Assembly (NCBI GenBank): GCA_044451405.1
Contig: JBIOKB010000029.1
Location: forward strand, 1-10,830
Source of the DNA: Candidatus Babeliales bacterium
Lineage (GTDB): Bacteria; Babelota; Babeliae; Babelales; Vermiphilaceae
Length of the DNA stretch: 10,830 nucleotides
Reading direction: 5' to 3'
Shown here: piece after piece, positions 1 to 9,244 of the stretch
Layout of the letters: each line of letters opens with the position of its first letter
How positions within the stretch are numbered: position 1 is the first letter of the stretch
Position numbers and translations under genes: made by a program
The notes under the pieces: generated by a model
The model's input: the letters and a program-made list of their open reading frames with translations, nothing else
Database searches by the model: none
Told to the model about the DNA's origin: nothing

Positions 1-89
1 CCCTGCATCCTATATATAAGGTATGGGAACCTGAGTATAAGGGGCTCTTGGGACATTAAAATTTCTAATATGGTATAGAAGAAAGGGAC

Positions 90-1007
90 ATGATGCAATT
101 GCTATCTGCATGGAAGGAGTCAATTCTCCTGTTTAAACCCTCCAATTTTAAGCTATTTCTCCTGGTTACCCTGAAATCTTTTATAGATACCCTTAAGGTA
201 TGGTTCAGGTACTGGTGGTGGCTTATTGGGGTAGTCCTGGTTGCTCCATACCTTATATGTGGCCTTCTTGATTATACTTTCCCCCTCACTGGTCAATGGT
301 TAGTGGGGTATGAAACAATATTTTTTATGCGGCAAGGTTTTTGGGCTATTTTTGTAGGTACATCATTTTCTCGTGACGCTTTGCTTATTTCTCCTGAAAC
401 AGCTTTTATGATTCGTATGGTAGTTGGTGTAAGTGTTACATGCTTATTAAGTTTGTTATACACCAGTCTTTATTTGAGTGTGCGACCATCTGTTGCTATA
501 AAAAATTGGGGTTATTTTAAAAATTATGGCAAACATGCTCTCTATATTTTTGCTTGGTTCTTGCTCTTACCTCAAACATTTATAATTACTGATTATGTGT
601 TTGGATTAGCTTCCTGGCCTCTTGTAATAATACTTGCAGGTATATCCTTTGTTATTATTTCTTCTATCAGTTTATTATATATAACGTTTTTATTAGATTC
701 AGACGCTTCATTAAAACAAGTAGCATTATCAGTGTTGCGTGCCATTAAAATGACAGTCTACAATCTTCCCTTTTTTATTCTTACTCTTTTAATGTTTTTT
801 ATTTTGTATCTCATAGTGCTTGCGCCGGGCATTCTGCTCAATCCTATTGAAATACTGGGAGGATCGCTGGTAACATTTCAACGGTGGTTTTATATCTTGT
901 ACATAGCCAAAGATATTTTTATTATTCTCCTTCTTGCCTGCTTTTTCGTTAACTATTACATTAAAAAAATTCACGATAACTATTCGTTATATTTTGGCTC
1001 TAAATAA
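90..1007 (+). CDS. Polytopic integral membrane protein of unknown function
   Basis: 305-aa ORF with roughly 6-7 long hydrophobic segments and a purine-rich RBS-like GAAAGGGA just upstream (start at 90 or 93). No recognisable catalytic motif. Confidence 0.75.
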   Translation: MMQLLSAWKESILLFKPSNFKLFLLVTLKSFIDTLKVWFRYWWWLIGVVLVAPYLICGLLDYTFPLTGQWLVGYETIFFMRQGFWAIFVGTSFSRDALLISPETAFMIRMVVGVSVTCLLSLLYTSLYLSVRPSVAIKNWGYFKNYGKHALYIFAWFLLLPQTFIITDYVFGLASWPLVIILAGISFVIISSISLLYITFLLDSDASLKQVALSVLRAIKMTVYNLPFFILTLLMFFILYLIVLAPGILLNPIEILGGSLVTFQRWFYILYIAKDIFIILLLACFFVNYYIKKIHDNYSLYFGSK

Positions 1008-1014
1008 GGAGAGC

Positions 1015-1746
1015 ATGATGCCATCAGCTCGTGTGGTCATACATACCCTCGTTTCCCGTTTTTTAATCGCACTCCTGATTATTATTGTAGCAATCCCCTT
1101 TGGTATCTTTTTGTTGTTACCTGCGCGCTGGCGTTACGATAATAGAGTGTACTTTTGGATGATGCATGTGATTTATATGATCTTGGTTAAAATTACTTTT
1201 TTACGTGTTACGTATAAAGGCCTTGATCATGTGCTCCAAAATGAACCGGCTATTATTGTCGCCAACCATCAATCATCATTAGATATTCCCTTAATTGGTG
1301 CGGTGTTTGGGTATTATCCGCATATTTGGTTAGCAACAACTGATTTATTAAAATCACCATTCTTCCGCCTTTTTTTACCCCGTGTTGCCGTAATGGTTGA
1401 TACATCAACGCCATTAAAGGCTATGAGATCATTAGTGCAAACACTCATGTTGATTGAAGGGAACACGCGTCATGCGGTTTTATTCCCTGAAGGGAGCCGC
1501 TATACCGATGGCCAGATCCATGATTTTTATCTTGGTTTTGTTATACTAGCCAAAAAAACAGGTCGTCCGGTTATACCGATGCGCATCTTTAATGCAAACA
1601 AAGTGTATCCACCCGATACATTTTGGGCGCAAAATTATCCGATTACCGTAGTTGTTGGTAAACCGATGATGATGCATGCAGGAGAAACTGAAGAAGCTTT
1701 TTGTGATCGTGTACGCCAGTGGTTTATTGAACAACGTGAGGGATAG
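1015..1746 (+). CDS. plsC: 1-acyl-sn-glycerol-3-phosphate acyltransferase (LPLAT/PlsC family)
   Basis: HX4D motif (ANHQSSLDIP), FPEGSR motif, 'PVIP' block and an N-terminal TM segment. Start moved from 934 to ATGATG at 1015/1018, which follows AAGGAG at 1006-1011. Confidence 0.9.
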   Translation: MMPSARVVIHTLVSRFLIALLIIIVAIPFGIFLLLPARWRYDNRVYFWMMHVIYMILVKITFLRVTYKGLDHVLQNEPAIIVANHQSSLDIPLIGAVFGYYPHIWLATTDLLKSPFFRLFLPRVAVMVDTSTPLKAMRSLVQTLMLIEGNTRHAVLFPEGSRYTDGQIHDFYLGFVILAKKTGRPVIPMRIFNANKVYPPDTFWAQNYPITVVVGKPMMMHAGETEEAFCDRVRQWFIEQREG

Positions 1747-1757
1747 AGGAATACGTT

Positions 1758-2750
1758 GTGGATATGTTGTTACGTTTTGCTTACAGTGCGGCTCTGCTTG
1801 TTACCATTCCCGTACTTATAACCGTTATCTGGTACCGCCTTATGTATTATAAAGGGGTGGTATACCGGTATCCACTGACTACTACGTTAGCCAAGCAGAG
1901 CAATAACAGACGGCATATACATACCTACATTCTTTTTGCATTACGCGCACTAAGCTTAACCATCTTGGCACTGTTGGTTGGTAAACCCCAGCTGGTTGAT
2001 TCTCGTTCACATGTTATGCTTGAAGGCATTGATATTATTGTCGTGCTTGATGTTTCTGGCAGTATGGGCATGCCGCACCATGCGGGTGATGAGCGCTCGC
2101 GTATTGATGTAGCAAAAGAAGAAGCGATCCGTTTTATTGATAAGCGTACCAATGATGCTATTGGGCTGGTGATATTCGGCAGCGATGCGGTATCCCGCTG
2201 TCCATTAACCGCTGATAAAGTGCTGTTAAAATCCATGATTCATGATATTGAAATTGGCGTGATCAATCCTGAAGGCACTGTGGTTGCAACGTCCATTATT
2301 GCAGCTGCTAATCGGTTAAAGCAATCACATGCAGCAAGCAAAATTATGATTTTGTTAACTGATGGTGAGCCCAGTGAGCATGATGCTGATCCAGAAGTTG
2401 CTATCACCATCGCTCAACAACTTGGTATTAAAATTTACACCGTTGGTATTGGTGATGATCAGGAAGTGCTTGTGCAGCATCCACTGTATGGCAGAATACC
2501 GATGCGCACTACCCTGAACAAAGGTTTGTTGACGACTATTGCACATCGCACCGGCGGCCAATTTTTTGAAGCAAAAAATGCACAGGATATGCGCACCATT
2601 TATGATACCATTGATCGCTTAGAGCGAGCGCCCATTGATACGCCAATCTTTAGTAATTATTATGATATTTTTATGCCATTTATATGGGCATTGTTACTGT
2701 TATTACTTGGTGAGTTGTTAGCGCGATCATTAATCTGGCTGAGTTTGTGA
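1758..2750 (+). CDS. batA: BatA-like VWA-domain membrane protein
   Basis: MIDAS DVSGS, 'IGLVIFG...CPLTAD', 'ILLTDGE', 'IKIYTVGIG', 'TGGQFFEA'; N-terminal TM pair and C-terminal TM. GTG start after AGAGGA. Confidence 0.85.
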   Translation: MDMLLRFAYSAALLVTIPVLITVIWYRLMYYKGVVYRYPLTTTLAKQSNNRRHIHTYILFALRALSLTILALLVGKPQLVDSRSHVMLEGIDIIVVLDVSGSMGMPHHAGDERSRIDVAKEEAIRFIDKRTNDAIGLVIFGSDAVSRCPLTADKVLLKSMIHDIEIGVINPEGTVVATSIIAAANRLKQSHAASKIMILLTDGEPSEHDADPEVAITIAQQLGIKIYTVGIGDDQEVLVQHPLYGRIPMRTTLNKGLLTTIAHRTGGQFFEAKNAQDMRTIYDTIDRLERAPIDTPIFSNYYDIFMPFIWALLLLLLGELLARSLIWLSL

Positions 2751-2757
2751 GTGAGTT

Positions 2758-3735
2758 ATGTGGGGAATTACGTGGGCATGTACGGCACATCTTATCTATA
2801 GTCCATTGTTACTTGGCGTACTGGGGCTGTTGCTGTATCGGTTACATCGGGTAAAACAGATAGTTGCGTTCTTGGCCGATGGCTTACAGGGCTTTTCTTG
2901 GATAAAGCAGTGGCTCAAGTTGCTACTCTTTTTTTTAGCCTTCTGTGCGATTTTTTGTGCGTTTTTACGCCCGCAATGGGGAAAGAAAGAAGAACGCATT
3001 GCACAACAGGGGCGTGATTTATTTATTGCGCTTGATATCTCCAAATCGATGCTTGCGCACGATGTTAAACCAAACAGATTGAAGTGTGCACAACAAAAAA
3101 TTAAACAGTTAGTACAGCAATTATCCTGTGAGCGCGTTGGCCTCATTCTCTTTTCTGGATCAGCGTTTGTGCAATGTCCGTTAACCTCTGATTATGCAGC
3201 GTTTTATATGTTTTTAGATCAGCTTGATGTAGAAACTATTTCTTCGGGCGCTACTGCACTTGATCAGGCAATTATGTATGCATTGCGTGCGTTTAATGTG
3301 GGGCCTGAGCGAAAAAACAAACTATTGGTTATTGTTACGGATGGTGAAGATTTTTCACAGAATTTAACGGAGGTAGCACATCAAGCGGCTCAGGAACGTC
3401 TGCACATATTTACGCTTGGTGTAGGAACCAAAGAAGGTGCGCCAATTCCATTGGTTGATATGCATGGCAAATCGCAAGGACATCAAAAAGATAGTAAAGG
3501 GGCGGTGGTAATTTCGCGTCTTAACGAGCAGATGCTGTCAAAGCTTGCTCATGACTGTGGCGGTACGTATATCACCATGAGCAACGATGATAGTGATGTA
3601 CGCAAACTTCTTAAGGAAGTTGCATCGTTTGAAAAAGAGACATTGGAAGATAAAAAAGTTACGCAGTATCATGATCAGTACCCATATTTTGTGGCCGTAG
3701 CGTTTTTCTTATTAGCACTAGAGTGGATCCTATGA
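2758..3735 (+). CDS. batB: BatB-like VWA-domain membrane protein
   Basis: 'RPQWG', MIDAS DISKSM followed by 'DVKPNRL', 'CPLTSDY', 'TDGED', 'GVGTKEGAPIP', 'ISRLNE'. Second VWA gene, directly after batA. Confidence 0.85.
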   Translation: MWGITWACTAHLIYSPLLLGVLGLLLYRLHRVKQIVAFLADGLQGFSWIKQWLKLLLFFLAFCAIFCAFLRPQWGKKEERIAQQGRDLFIALDISKSMLAHDVKPNRLKCAQQKIKQLVQQLSCERVGLILFSGSAFVQCPLTSDYAAFYMFLDQLDVETISSGATALDQAIMYALRAFNVGPERKNKLLVIVTDGEDFSQNLTEVAHQAAQERLHIFTLGVGTKEGAPIPLVDMHGKSQGHQKDSKGAVVISRLNEQMLSKLAHDCGGTYITMSNDDSDVRKLLKEVASFEKETLEDKKVTQYHDQYPYFVAVAFFLLALEWIL

Positions 3736-4598
3736 TGCGCATACTTATCATAAGCTGTATATGCATGCCGATGCATGCATGGTTTGAACATGGCCGTGCC
3801 GTAAATGCTGCTCATAGCGGTGATTGGCAGCGTGCACATACGCTGTTAACAACAGAGCTGGTGAATCATCCGCATGATCCATCAGTGGTGTACGATGCTG
3901 GTGTTGCTGCATACAAAACAGGTGATTATGAGCAAGCGCGCGCCTATTTTGATCATGTAATTTCTTTGCCACAGGCATCAGATCAGCTTAAAGAACGTGC
4001 TTATTTTAATGCGGGAAACACGCAGGTTGCACTAAAACAATTTGAGCAAGCCATTAAAAAGTATGAGCAGGCACTGTCTATCGATCCCCATGATGAGCAT
4101 GCGCGACACAACTTAGAGATAGTGAAAAAAATGCTCGAGCAACAAAAACAAGAACAAGACAAGCAAGAAAAAGAGAATGAAGAAAAAGAGAACAAAGAGC
4201 AGCAAGACGAGTCGTCAGAAGAATCTGAGAGCGAATCAGGAAGTGATGAGCAGCAGGGTGAAAGCAAGCAAGAAAAAAATAAAGAGCAAGCTGATACGAA
4301 AAATAGTGACGCGCAGAAAAAAGAACGTGATCAAAAAAAGCAAGAAGCTCAAAAACAGCAAACTGACAAAAAACAGAAAGAAGAACAGCAACAACAATCA
4401 GTAGCACAAGAAAAAGATAAGCGCGATAAAAAAGAGAGTGAAAAAGCAGCTGCGCAGCAGTCTGCCGTAAAACTTGATAAACAATTGCTCCGCTTACTCG
4501 AGCAACAAGAAAAGCATGATGCAGATATTAACAAGCAGATGATTAAAGCAACCGTTGGTAGTCATAAGGGTGATGCACATGATAAGCATTGTTGGTAA
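3732..4598 (+). CDS. batC: BatC-like TPR protein with Q/K/E-rich low-complexity tail
   Basis: Signal-like N-terminus, TPRs (YDAGVAAYKTGDYEQA; AYFNAGNTQVALKQFEQAIKKYEQALSIDP..ARHNLE), long Q/K/E tail and terminal Trp, typical of BatC. ATG at 3732 overlaps the batB stop (ATGA). Confidence 0.8.
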   Translation: MMRILIISCICMPMHAWFEHGRAVNAAHSGDWQRAHTLLTTELVNHPHDPSVVYDAGVAAYKTGDYEQARAYFDHVISLPQASDQLKERAYFNAGNTQVALKQFEQAIKKYEQALSIDPHDEHARHNLEIVKKMLEQQKQEQDKQEKENEEKENKEQQDESSEESESESGSDEQQGESKQEKNKEQADTKNSDAQKKERDQKKQEAQKQQTDKKQKEEQQQQSVAQEKDKRDKKESEKAAAQQSAVKLDKQLLRLLEQQEKHDADINKQMIKATVGSHKGDAHDKHCW

Positions 4599-6360
4599 AG
4601 CATGGTTCATCGGGAGCGTGCTGTTACTCAGCTCCTGCATGTATGCTACGGTAACACTCAAAGTTAAAGATCTTAATGGTATTGTGTTAAAAGAAGTAGC
4701 TGCAGGCTATCCGTGCACAATTGAATTAACCATTGATGATGCACAACGCCGTATGGAAAATCCGGAAATTAAGGGCCTCGATCAGTTTCATCTTGAAGGC
4801 CGTGAAACGAGCATGCAGATGATTAATGGTAAAACAACAGTTACTTATGGATTTCGTGCACGCTGCAACAAACCAGGATCATATACGATTGGGCCAGCAA
4901 AACTTTCTATAGAAGGTACAGAATATACATCAAATGTAGTGCCACTTACCGTTGTTGCTGCGCCCACGGCCAATGCACACACTGATGATACCACGGTATT
5001 TGCGCGCTTGCGCTGCACTAAAAAACAGGTGGTAGTTGGTGAAAAAGTTGGTGTGAGTATTCGTTTTTATTACACAAATCATGATTATTTGCTGCGTGAT
5101 GTTGGTAATCCCCCAGAAAAAGGCTATACGCGCAAAGAGGTACAAGGGCCATTTTCAGGCACCGAGGTGATTGATGGTGTGATGTATCATTATGTTGAAT
5201 GGACGTGGGATATGTATCCAACAAAACCAGGTGTACTCACTATACCTGCCTACAGCTTTGATTATGATACGCCTAAAACGGAAGGGCAGGACCATGTGTT
5301 TGCAGGATTCTCTCTCTTTTTTAATCGGCAACGCTATGATCGTCATCGAGTGTATTCAAATTCATGTGAATTAGAGGTTGATCACATACCAGAGGTAGAT
5401 AATGAAGCAGTGCAAGGAGTAGGTCACTGCACTGCATTTACCGCGCGTATAACACCTGCGCACGTTACACAAGGCGATGGCATGGTGCTTACGCTCGAGT
5501 TAACGGGCGATGCTGATTTTGATGCGGTTACTTTAAACTCATTGAAGCTGCCTGATGTATTTAAATGGTATGATTCACAAACATTACCAGTACAGGATGC
5601 TAAAGGTGGACAGCGGAAAAAATCATGGGAATATATTGTACAAGGGTTAAAACCGGGTACATTTGAAATTCCTGCACAACGTTTTACCTATTTTGATACA
5701 AAGAAACGTACGGTAGTTACGCTCGCTACATCACCACAGTCTGTTACGATTACATCTGCTTTGCAGGAAACCACGAACACTAAAAAATTAGCTGACGCCG
5801 AGTTGCCCCATCAAGAGCAGCAGCGAGCAGAAAACGAGCCTGTGGCTTCTCTTGCACAAGCTGTCGATATTGTCGATCCCTCAGGCCTCAGGCCCATACA
5901 TGAATCAGGGCAATGGTACGCACACCAAGAGCGATCAGTGCCATTGTGGTTGTATGTACTCTTAATGGCGTTGCCGATAAGTTTTGTAATCGCACGTTGG
6001 TTTTTAAATAATTACAGCGGATGGTTGCACGCAGTGGCACGTAAACGGTATCTCTTTAAACAAGCGCGTGCACAACTAGCACGGGCTGAACTTGTTGGTA
6101 ATGGTGCTGTAGTGTATCCACTCTTTATTTCTATCTTGAGTAGTTGTTTGTCAATTCCTGAATCCATGGTTACCGATGAGTTTATTGAGCAAGCATTTAA
6201 GAATGCAGGGTTAAACGATGCACAGTGTAATGCCTGGAAACAGTTTTTTGTACAAGCAGCAGCGTATGCATTTTATGCAGAAAATAATAAGCAACGAGCA
6301 CCAGATGATTTTTTTCAACAAGCTGCTGCATGGCTTGATGTGTGTGAGAAACAGTTATGA
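4579..6360 (+). CDS. batD: BatD family protein (beta-rich extracytoplasmic domains plus C-terminal TM)
   Basis: Signal peptide, BatD-like motifs (SMQMING, PGSYTIGPA, PTKPGVLTIP, PGTFEIPAQRFTYFD) and a TM near residue 460; position after batC. Start 4579 follows AAGGGTG (4573 is an alternative). Confidence 0.8.
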   Translation: MISIVGKAWFIGSVLLLSSCMYATVTLKVKDLNGIVLKEVAAGYPCTIELTIDDAQRRMENPEIKGLDQFHLEGRETSMQMINGKTTVTYGFRARCNKPGSYTIGPAKLSIEGTEYTSNVVPLTVVAAPTANAHTDDTTVFARLRCTKKQVVVGEKVGVSIRFYYTNHDYLLRDVGNPPEKGYTRKEVQGPFSGTEVIDGVMYHYVEWTWDMYPTKPGVLTIPAYSFDYDTPKTEGQDHVFAGFSLFFNRQRYDRHRVYSNSCELEVDHIPEVDNEAVQGVGHCTAFTARITPAHVTQGDGMVLTLELTGDADFDAVTLNSLKLPDVFKWYDSQTLPVQDAKGGQRKKSWEYIVQGLKPGTFEIPAQRFTYFDTKKRTVVTLATSPQSVTITSALQETTNTKKLADAELPHQEQQRAENEPVASLAQAVDIVDPSGLRPIHESGQWYAHQERSVPLWLYVLLMALPISFVIARWFLNNYSGWLHAVARKRYLFKQARAQLARAELVGNGAVVYPLFISILSSCLSIPESMVTDEFIEQAFKNAGLNDAQCNAWKQFFVQAAAYAFYAENNKQRAPDDFFQQAAAWLDVCEKQL

Positions 6361-7076
6361 TTAAAAGTATAAAACTCACGATAATGTTGATGCTCGTGTG
6401 TGCAGGAACGCATCTTGTTGGTGCACCAACTAACCAGGAGATTTTTTTACAAGCAAATGCTGCGTATAGAACACATGATTATGAAAGAGCGCTTGCGTTG
6501 TATGATCAGATATCCAATAAAGGGCCTGTTGTTTGGTACAATATGGGTAATTGTGCCTATCAATTAAAGCGATATCCGTATGCGTATATATATTGGAAAA
6601 AGAGTGAACAGGGCGCATCGTGGGCGTTGCTCAATGATGCTGAGCATAATCTTGCATTGGTAGCGCATCCCGATGAACCAGTATCCATGTATAACCATAG
6701 TGCACATATGGTACGTATGTATGTGCAGTGGAGTTCGTTGTGGTGGCTGCAAGTGATGCTATTACTTATCTGGTGCGTATTCTTGTTGTTGTATGTGCAT
6801 CGTACGCTCCGTTTTTTGCAGCCATTGGTATTGCTACTTGTTTGTTGCTGTGGTATAGCTCTCAAGGGTAAGTATACTGACATGGGATTAAGAAATGGTA
6901 TTGTTGTGCATAATCAAGCACCGGTATATACAGGTCCAGATACACAGTTTTATCGTATAACGATGCTTGATGAAATGGCTACGGTTACCGTAGTGCAGCA
7001 AGATAGAGATTGGTATAAGATTTCGTATAAAAATCAGGTAGGCTGGATGCCTGCGAGTGTGATTGCGAGCGTGTAA
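6357..7076 (+). CDS. batE: BatE-like TPR + TM + SH3-like domain protein
   Basis: TPR (FLQANAAYRTHDYERALALY; WYNMGNCAYQ), two TM helices and a C-terminal bacterial SH3-like segment (VYTGP...WYKISYKNQVGWMP). ATGA overlap with the batD stop. Confidence 0.8.
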   Translation: MIKSIKLTIMLMLVCAGTHLVGAPTNQEIFLQANAAYRTHDYERALALYDQISNKGPVVWYNMGNCAYQLKRYPYAYIYWKKSEQGASWALLNDAEHNLALVAHPDEPVSMYNHSAHMVRMYVQWSSLWWLQVMLLLIWCVFLLLYVHRTLRFLQPLVLLLVCCCGIALKGKYTDMGLRNGIVVHNQAPVYTGPDTQFYRITMLDEMATVTVVQQDRDWYKISYKNQVGWMPASVIASV

Positions 7077-7077
7077 A

Positions 7078-8076
7078 GTGAATATTAAGATCTCATTACA
7101 AAATGCGGGGAAAATTGCGCTGATACTTGGCATGCTCAGCATGCTCATGAGCATAATACTTATTATGTATCAGTGTCGCTTTTTCAAGCAAGAAATTGAA
7201 AAGATGATTCAATTACAAGATGATTATCGCAATCATCTTGTAGCCGTTAATAAAGTGTTGCAGGATTACAATAAAATAAAGGAACGTTTAGACGCTTTAG
7301 AATCAAACGATCAAAAAAAAAAAATTCTGAAAGATAGTGACGCGCTTGCATTCAACGGGTTCCCACAAGGAGCACAAGTTTTTTCAAGTGATGATACTGA
7401 TGAGGAACATCAAGAATCCTTTGTTGCTATTAATCGTGATTTAGAATATCTCAAGCAATCGACGGTTTCCTATTTTAAACAGCGGCAGATGAATCTTGTA
7501 TTAAATCGCCTTAATTTAGATGATTGGTCCGAGTATACTGATCAACTGCGCGCATCACATAAGCGCCACGTACCACGCAAACGGCGTACATCACGCAGCA
7601 AACGAGTGTCGCTTGCTGAACGGCGCATTGAGCGTATACGTCCGGCAGAATATGTGCAAGAAGCAAAAGATTTATCTTTTGTATGGCCTATCGATCGTTC
7701 TCAATTTTGGTTAAGTTCTCGCTTCGGGCCACGGCGTAAAGCAAACGGAGCGCGCGGGTTCCATTATGGCGTTGATATGGCAGCAGTAAAAGGTACTCCA
7801 GTATATGCAGCAGCAAGCGGTGTGGTGATTCAAGCATACCGTTCACCAGGCTATGGCAATACCATTGTTATTGCGCACAATCGCAAATATCGTACACGGT
7901 ATGCGCATTTAAATTCTATACATGTGAAAGTTGGGCAAAATGTGCACAAAGGCGATTTTATTGGCAAAGTTGGTGCAACGGGCCATGTGCGGAGTAAGTA
8001 TGGCAATGCGTCACACTTGCATTTTGAAGTGTGTGCATTTGGCAAGCAAGTTAACCCGTTGTATTTCTTGAGCTGA
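7078..8076 (+). CDS. Membrane-anchored M23 family metallopeptidase (peptidoglycan endopeptidase)
   Basis: N-terminal TM plus coiled coil. C-terminal M23 domain with SSRFGPR, HYGVD (HxxxD), GYGN, YAHL, HLHFE (HxH) and VNP. Start uncertain: GTG 7078 chosen, with 7063 and 7132 possible. Confidence 0.9.
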   Translation: MNIKISLQNAGKIALILGMLSMLMSIILIMYQCRFFKQEIEKMIQLQDDYRNHLVAVNKVLQDYNKIKERLDALESNDQKKKILKDSDALAFNGFPQGAQVFSSDDTDEEHQESFVAINRDLEYLKQSTVSYFKQRQMNLVLNRLNLDDWSEYTDQLRASHKRHVPRKRRTSRSKRVSLAERRIERIRPAEYVQEAKDLSFVWPIDRSQFWLSSRFGPRRKANGARGFHYGVDMAAVKGTPVYAAASGVVIQAYRSPGYGNTIVIAHNRKYRTRYAHLNSIHVKVGQNVHKGDFIGKVGATGHVRSKYGNASHLHFEVCAFGKQVNPLYFLS

Positions 8077-8105
8077 TTGACGGCAGTTCTGACTCACGTT
8101 AAACT
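8077..8105 (+). promoter_or_regulatory. Putative sigma70 promoter for lepB
   Basis: TTGACG (8077-8082), 17-nt spacer, TAAACT (8100-8105), about 43 nt upstream of the lepB ATG. Confidence 0.55.
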
Positions 8106-8148
8106 CCGTAACAATCCAAAAGTTATTTAGATAGTCATAAGGATATGC

Positions 8149-9174
8149 ATGTCGTATAAATTTTCTCCCTATAAACGTAACAGCAGCGGCGGTTTTTTAA
8201 GCACGGCTAAAGAACTGGTAGGCTTGCTTATTGTCGTATTTTTAATTCGTACGTTTGGCTTTGGCTTATATCAAGTTCCAACCGGATCCATGGAAGTTAC
8301 CATGCTTGTTGGTGAGCGCTTTTTTGCAGATAAATTCACCATTCTTTTTGCAAAACCATCCAGAGGTCAAATTATTGCATTTAATGATCCACTCTTTCCG
8401 TATTCTACCAATCCGGTAATACGTCTGTTTCAGGAATATGTGTGGGGCCCATCAAATTGGACAAAACGGGTCATTGGTATTCCAGGCGATACCGTGCGTG
8501 GCGTGATAGAAGATGGCAAGCCGGTTGTGTATGTGAATGATAAAAAACTGGATGAACCATATGTTAATAAGTATCCACTTATTGCGTTGTGGGTTGATGA
8601 TCCGGTGAAGTTGCGTGAGCAAGCAATGCAGGAGACGCAACAGTTAATTGCGGCGCATCGTCTTGATGCATCACAAGCAGATGCCTTTGTAAGTTATATC
8701 TTGAGTCATTATTGGATGTATCGTCCCTATGATCCATCACGTTCTTTAGAAGACCAACCATTTAATAGAATTCTTCCTGATCGTGTAGTGCGCGTTCCAC
8801 TTCCACAATCAACAGAACCAACTCCGGGATTTGCTGTAACCCCAGAAGGGTTTGTCTTACAAGAGCCCTATGTTCCGGTGCCTGATCATGAAGTGGGGAT
8901 GCAAAAGCAAGGTGCGAGCCATTGGAATGGTACCGATGAGTTTTATGTTGAGTTGGGCAAAAATCAATATTGGCTCATGGGTGATAATCGGCGCGGCAGT
9001 AAAGATTGTCGTTTCTTTGGCCCTATTGATGGGCGCTTAATCCATGGCAAAATCTTATTTAGAATCTGGTCAAGCGATAGTAGCGAATCATGGTGGATTT
9101 TAGATTTACTCAAGCATCCCATTGATTTCTGGAAGCGCATGCGCTGGTCTCGCTTCTTCCAGTTCATCCATTAA
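8149..9174 (+). CDS. lepB: Signal peptidase I (S26)
   Basis: TM followed by VPTGSM (catalytic Ser), KRVIGIPGD (catalytic Lys) and box E 'MGDNRRGSKDCRFFG'. AAGGA RBS upstream. Confidence 0.95.
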   Translation: MSYKFSPYKRNSSGGFLSTAKELVGLLIVVFLIRTFGFGLYQVPTGSMEVTMLVGERFFADKFTILFAKPSRGQIIAFNDPLFPYSTNPVIRLFQEYVWGPSNWTKRVIGIPGDTVRGVIEDGKPVVYVNDKKLDEPYVNKYPLIALWVDDPVKLREQAMQETQQLIAAHRLDASQADAFVSYILSHYWMYRPYDPSRSLEDQPFNRILPDRVVRVPLPQSTEPTPGFAVTPEGFVLQEPYVPVPDHEVGMQKQGASHWNGTDEFYVELGKNQYWLMGDNRRGSKDCRFFGPIDGRLIHGKILFRIWSSDSSESWWILDLLKHPIDFWKRMRWSRFFQFIH

Positions 9175-9177
9175 ACC

Positions 9178-9205
9178 TTGATCTACAAGAGATTTATGCT
9201 ACATT
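9178..9205 (+). promoter_or_regulatory. Putative sigma70 promoter with extended -10, for rhodanese and possibly the tRNAs
   Basis: TTGATC (9178-9183), 16-nt spacer, TG-n-TACATT (9197-9205). Confidence 0.4.
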
Positions 9206-9244
9206 TATAGAGCTTTTGTTTCAACCTTAAAATAAGAATATATC

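Noticed and set aside
934-1014. Extended N-terminus of plsC overlapping the upstream gene
   Set aside because: The good RBS lies just before ATG 1015/1018, so the extension is only an open-frame artefact.
4130-4460. Q/K/E-rich low-complexity stretch and the overlapping alternative-frame and antisense ORFs
   Set aside because: This is the normal BatC tail. There is no discrete DNA repeat unit, and the shadow ORFs arise from compositional bias.
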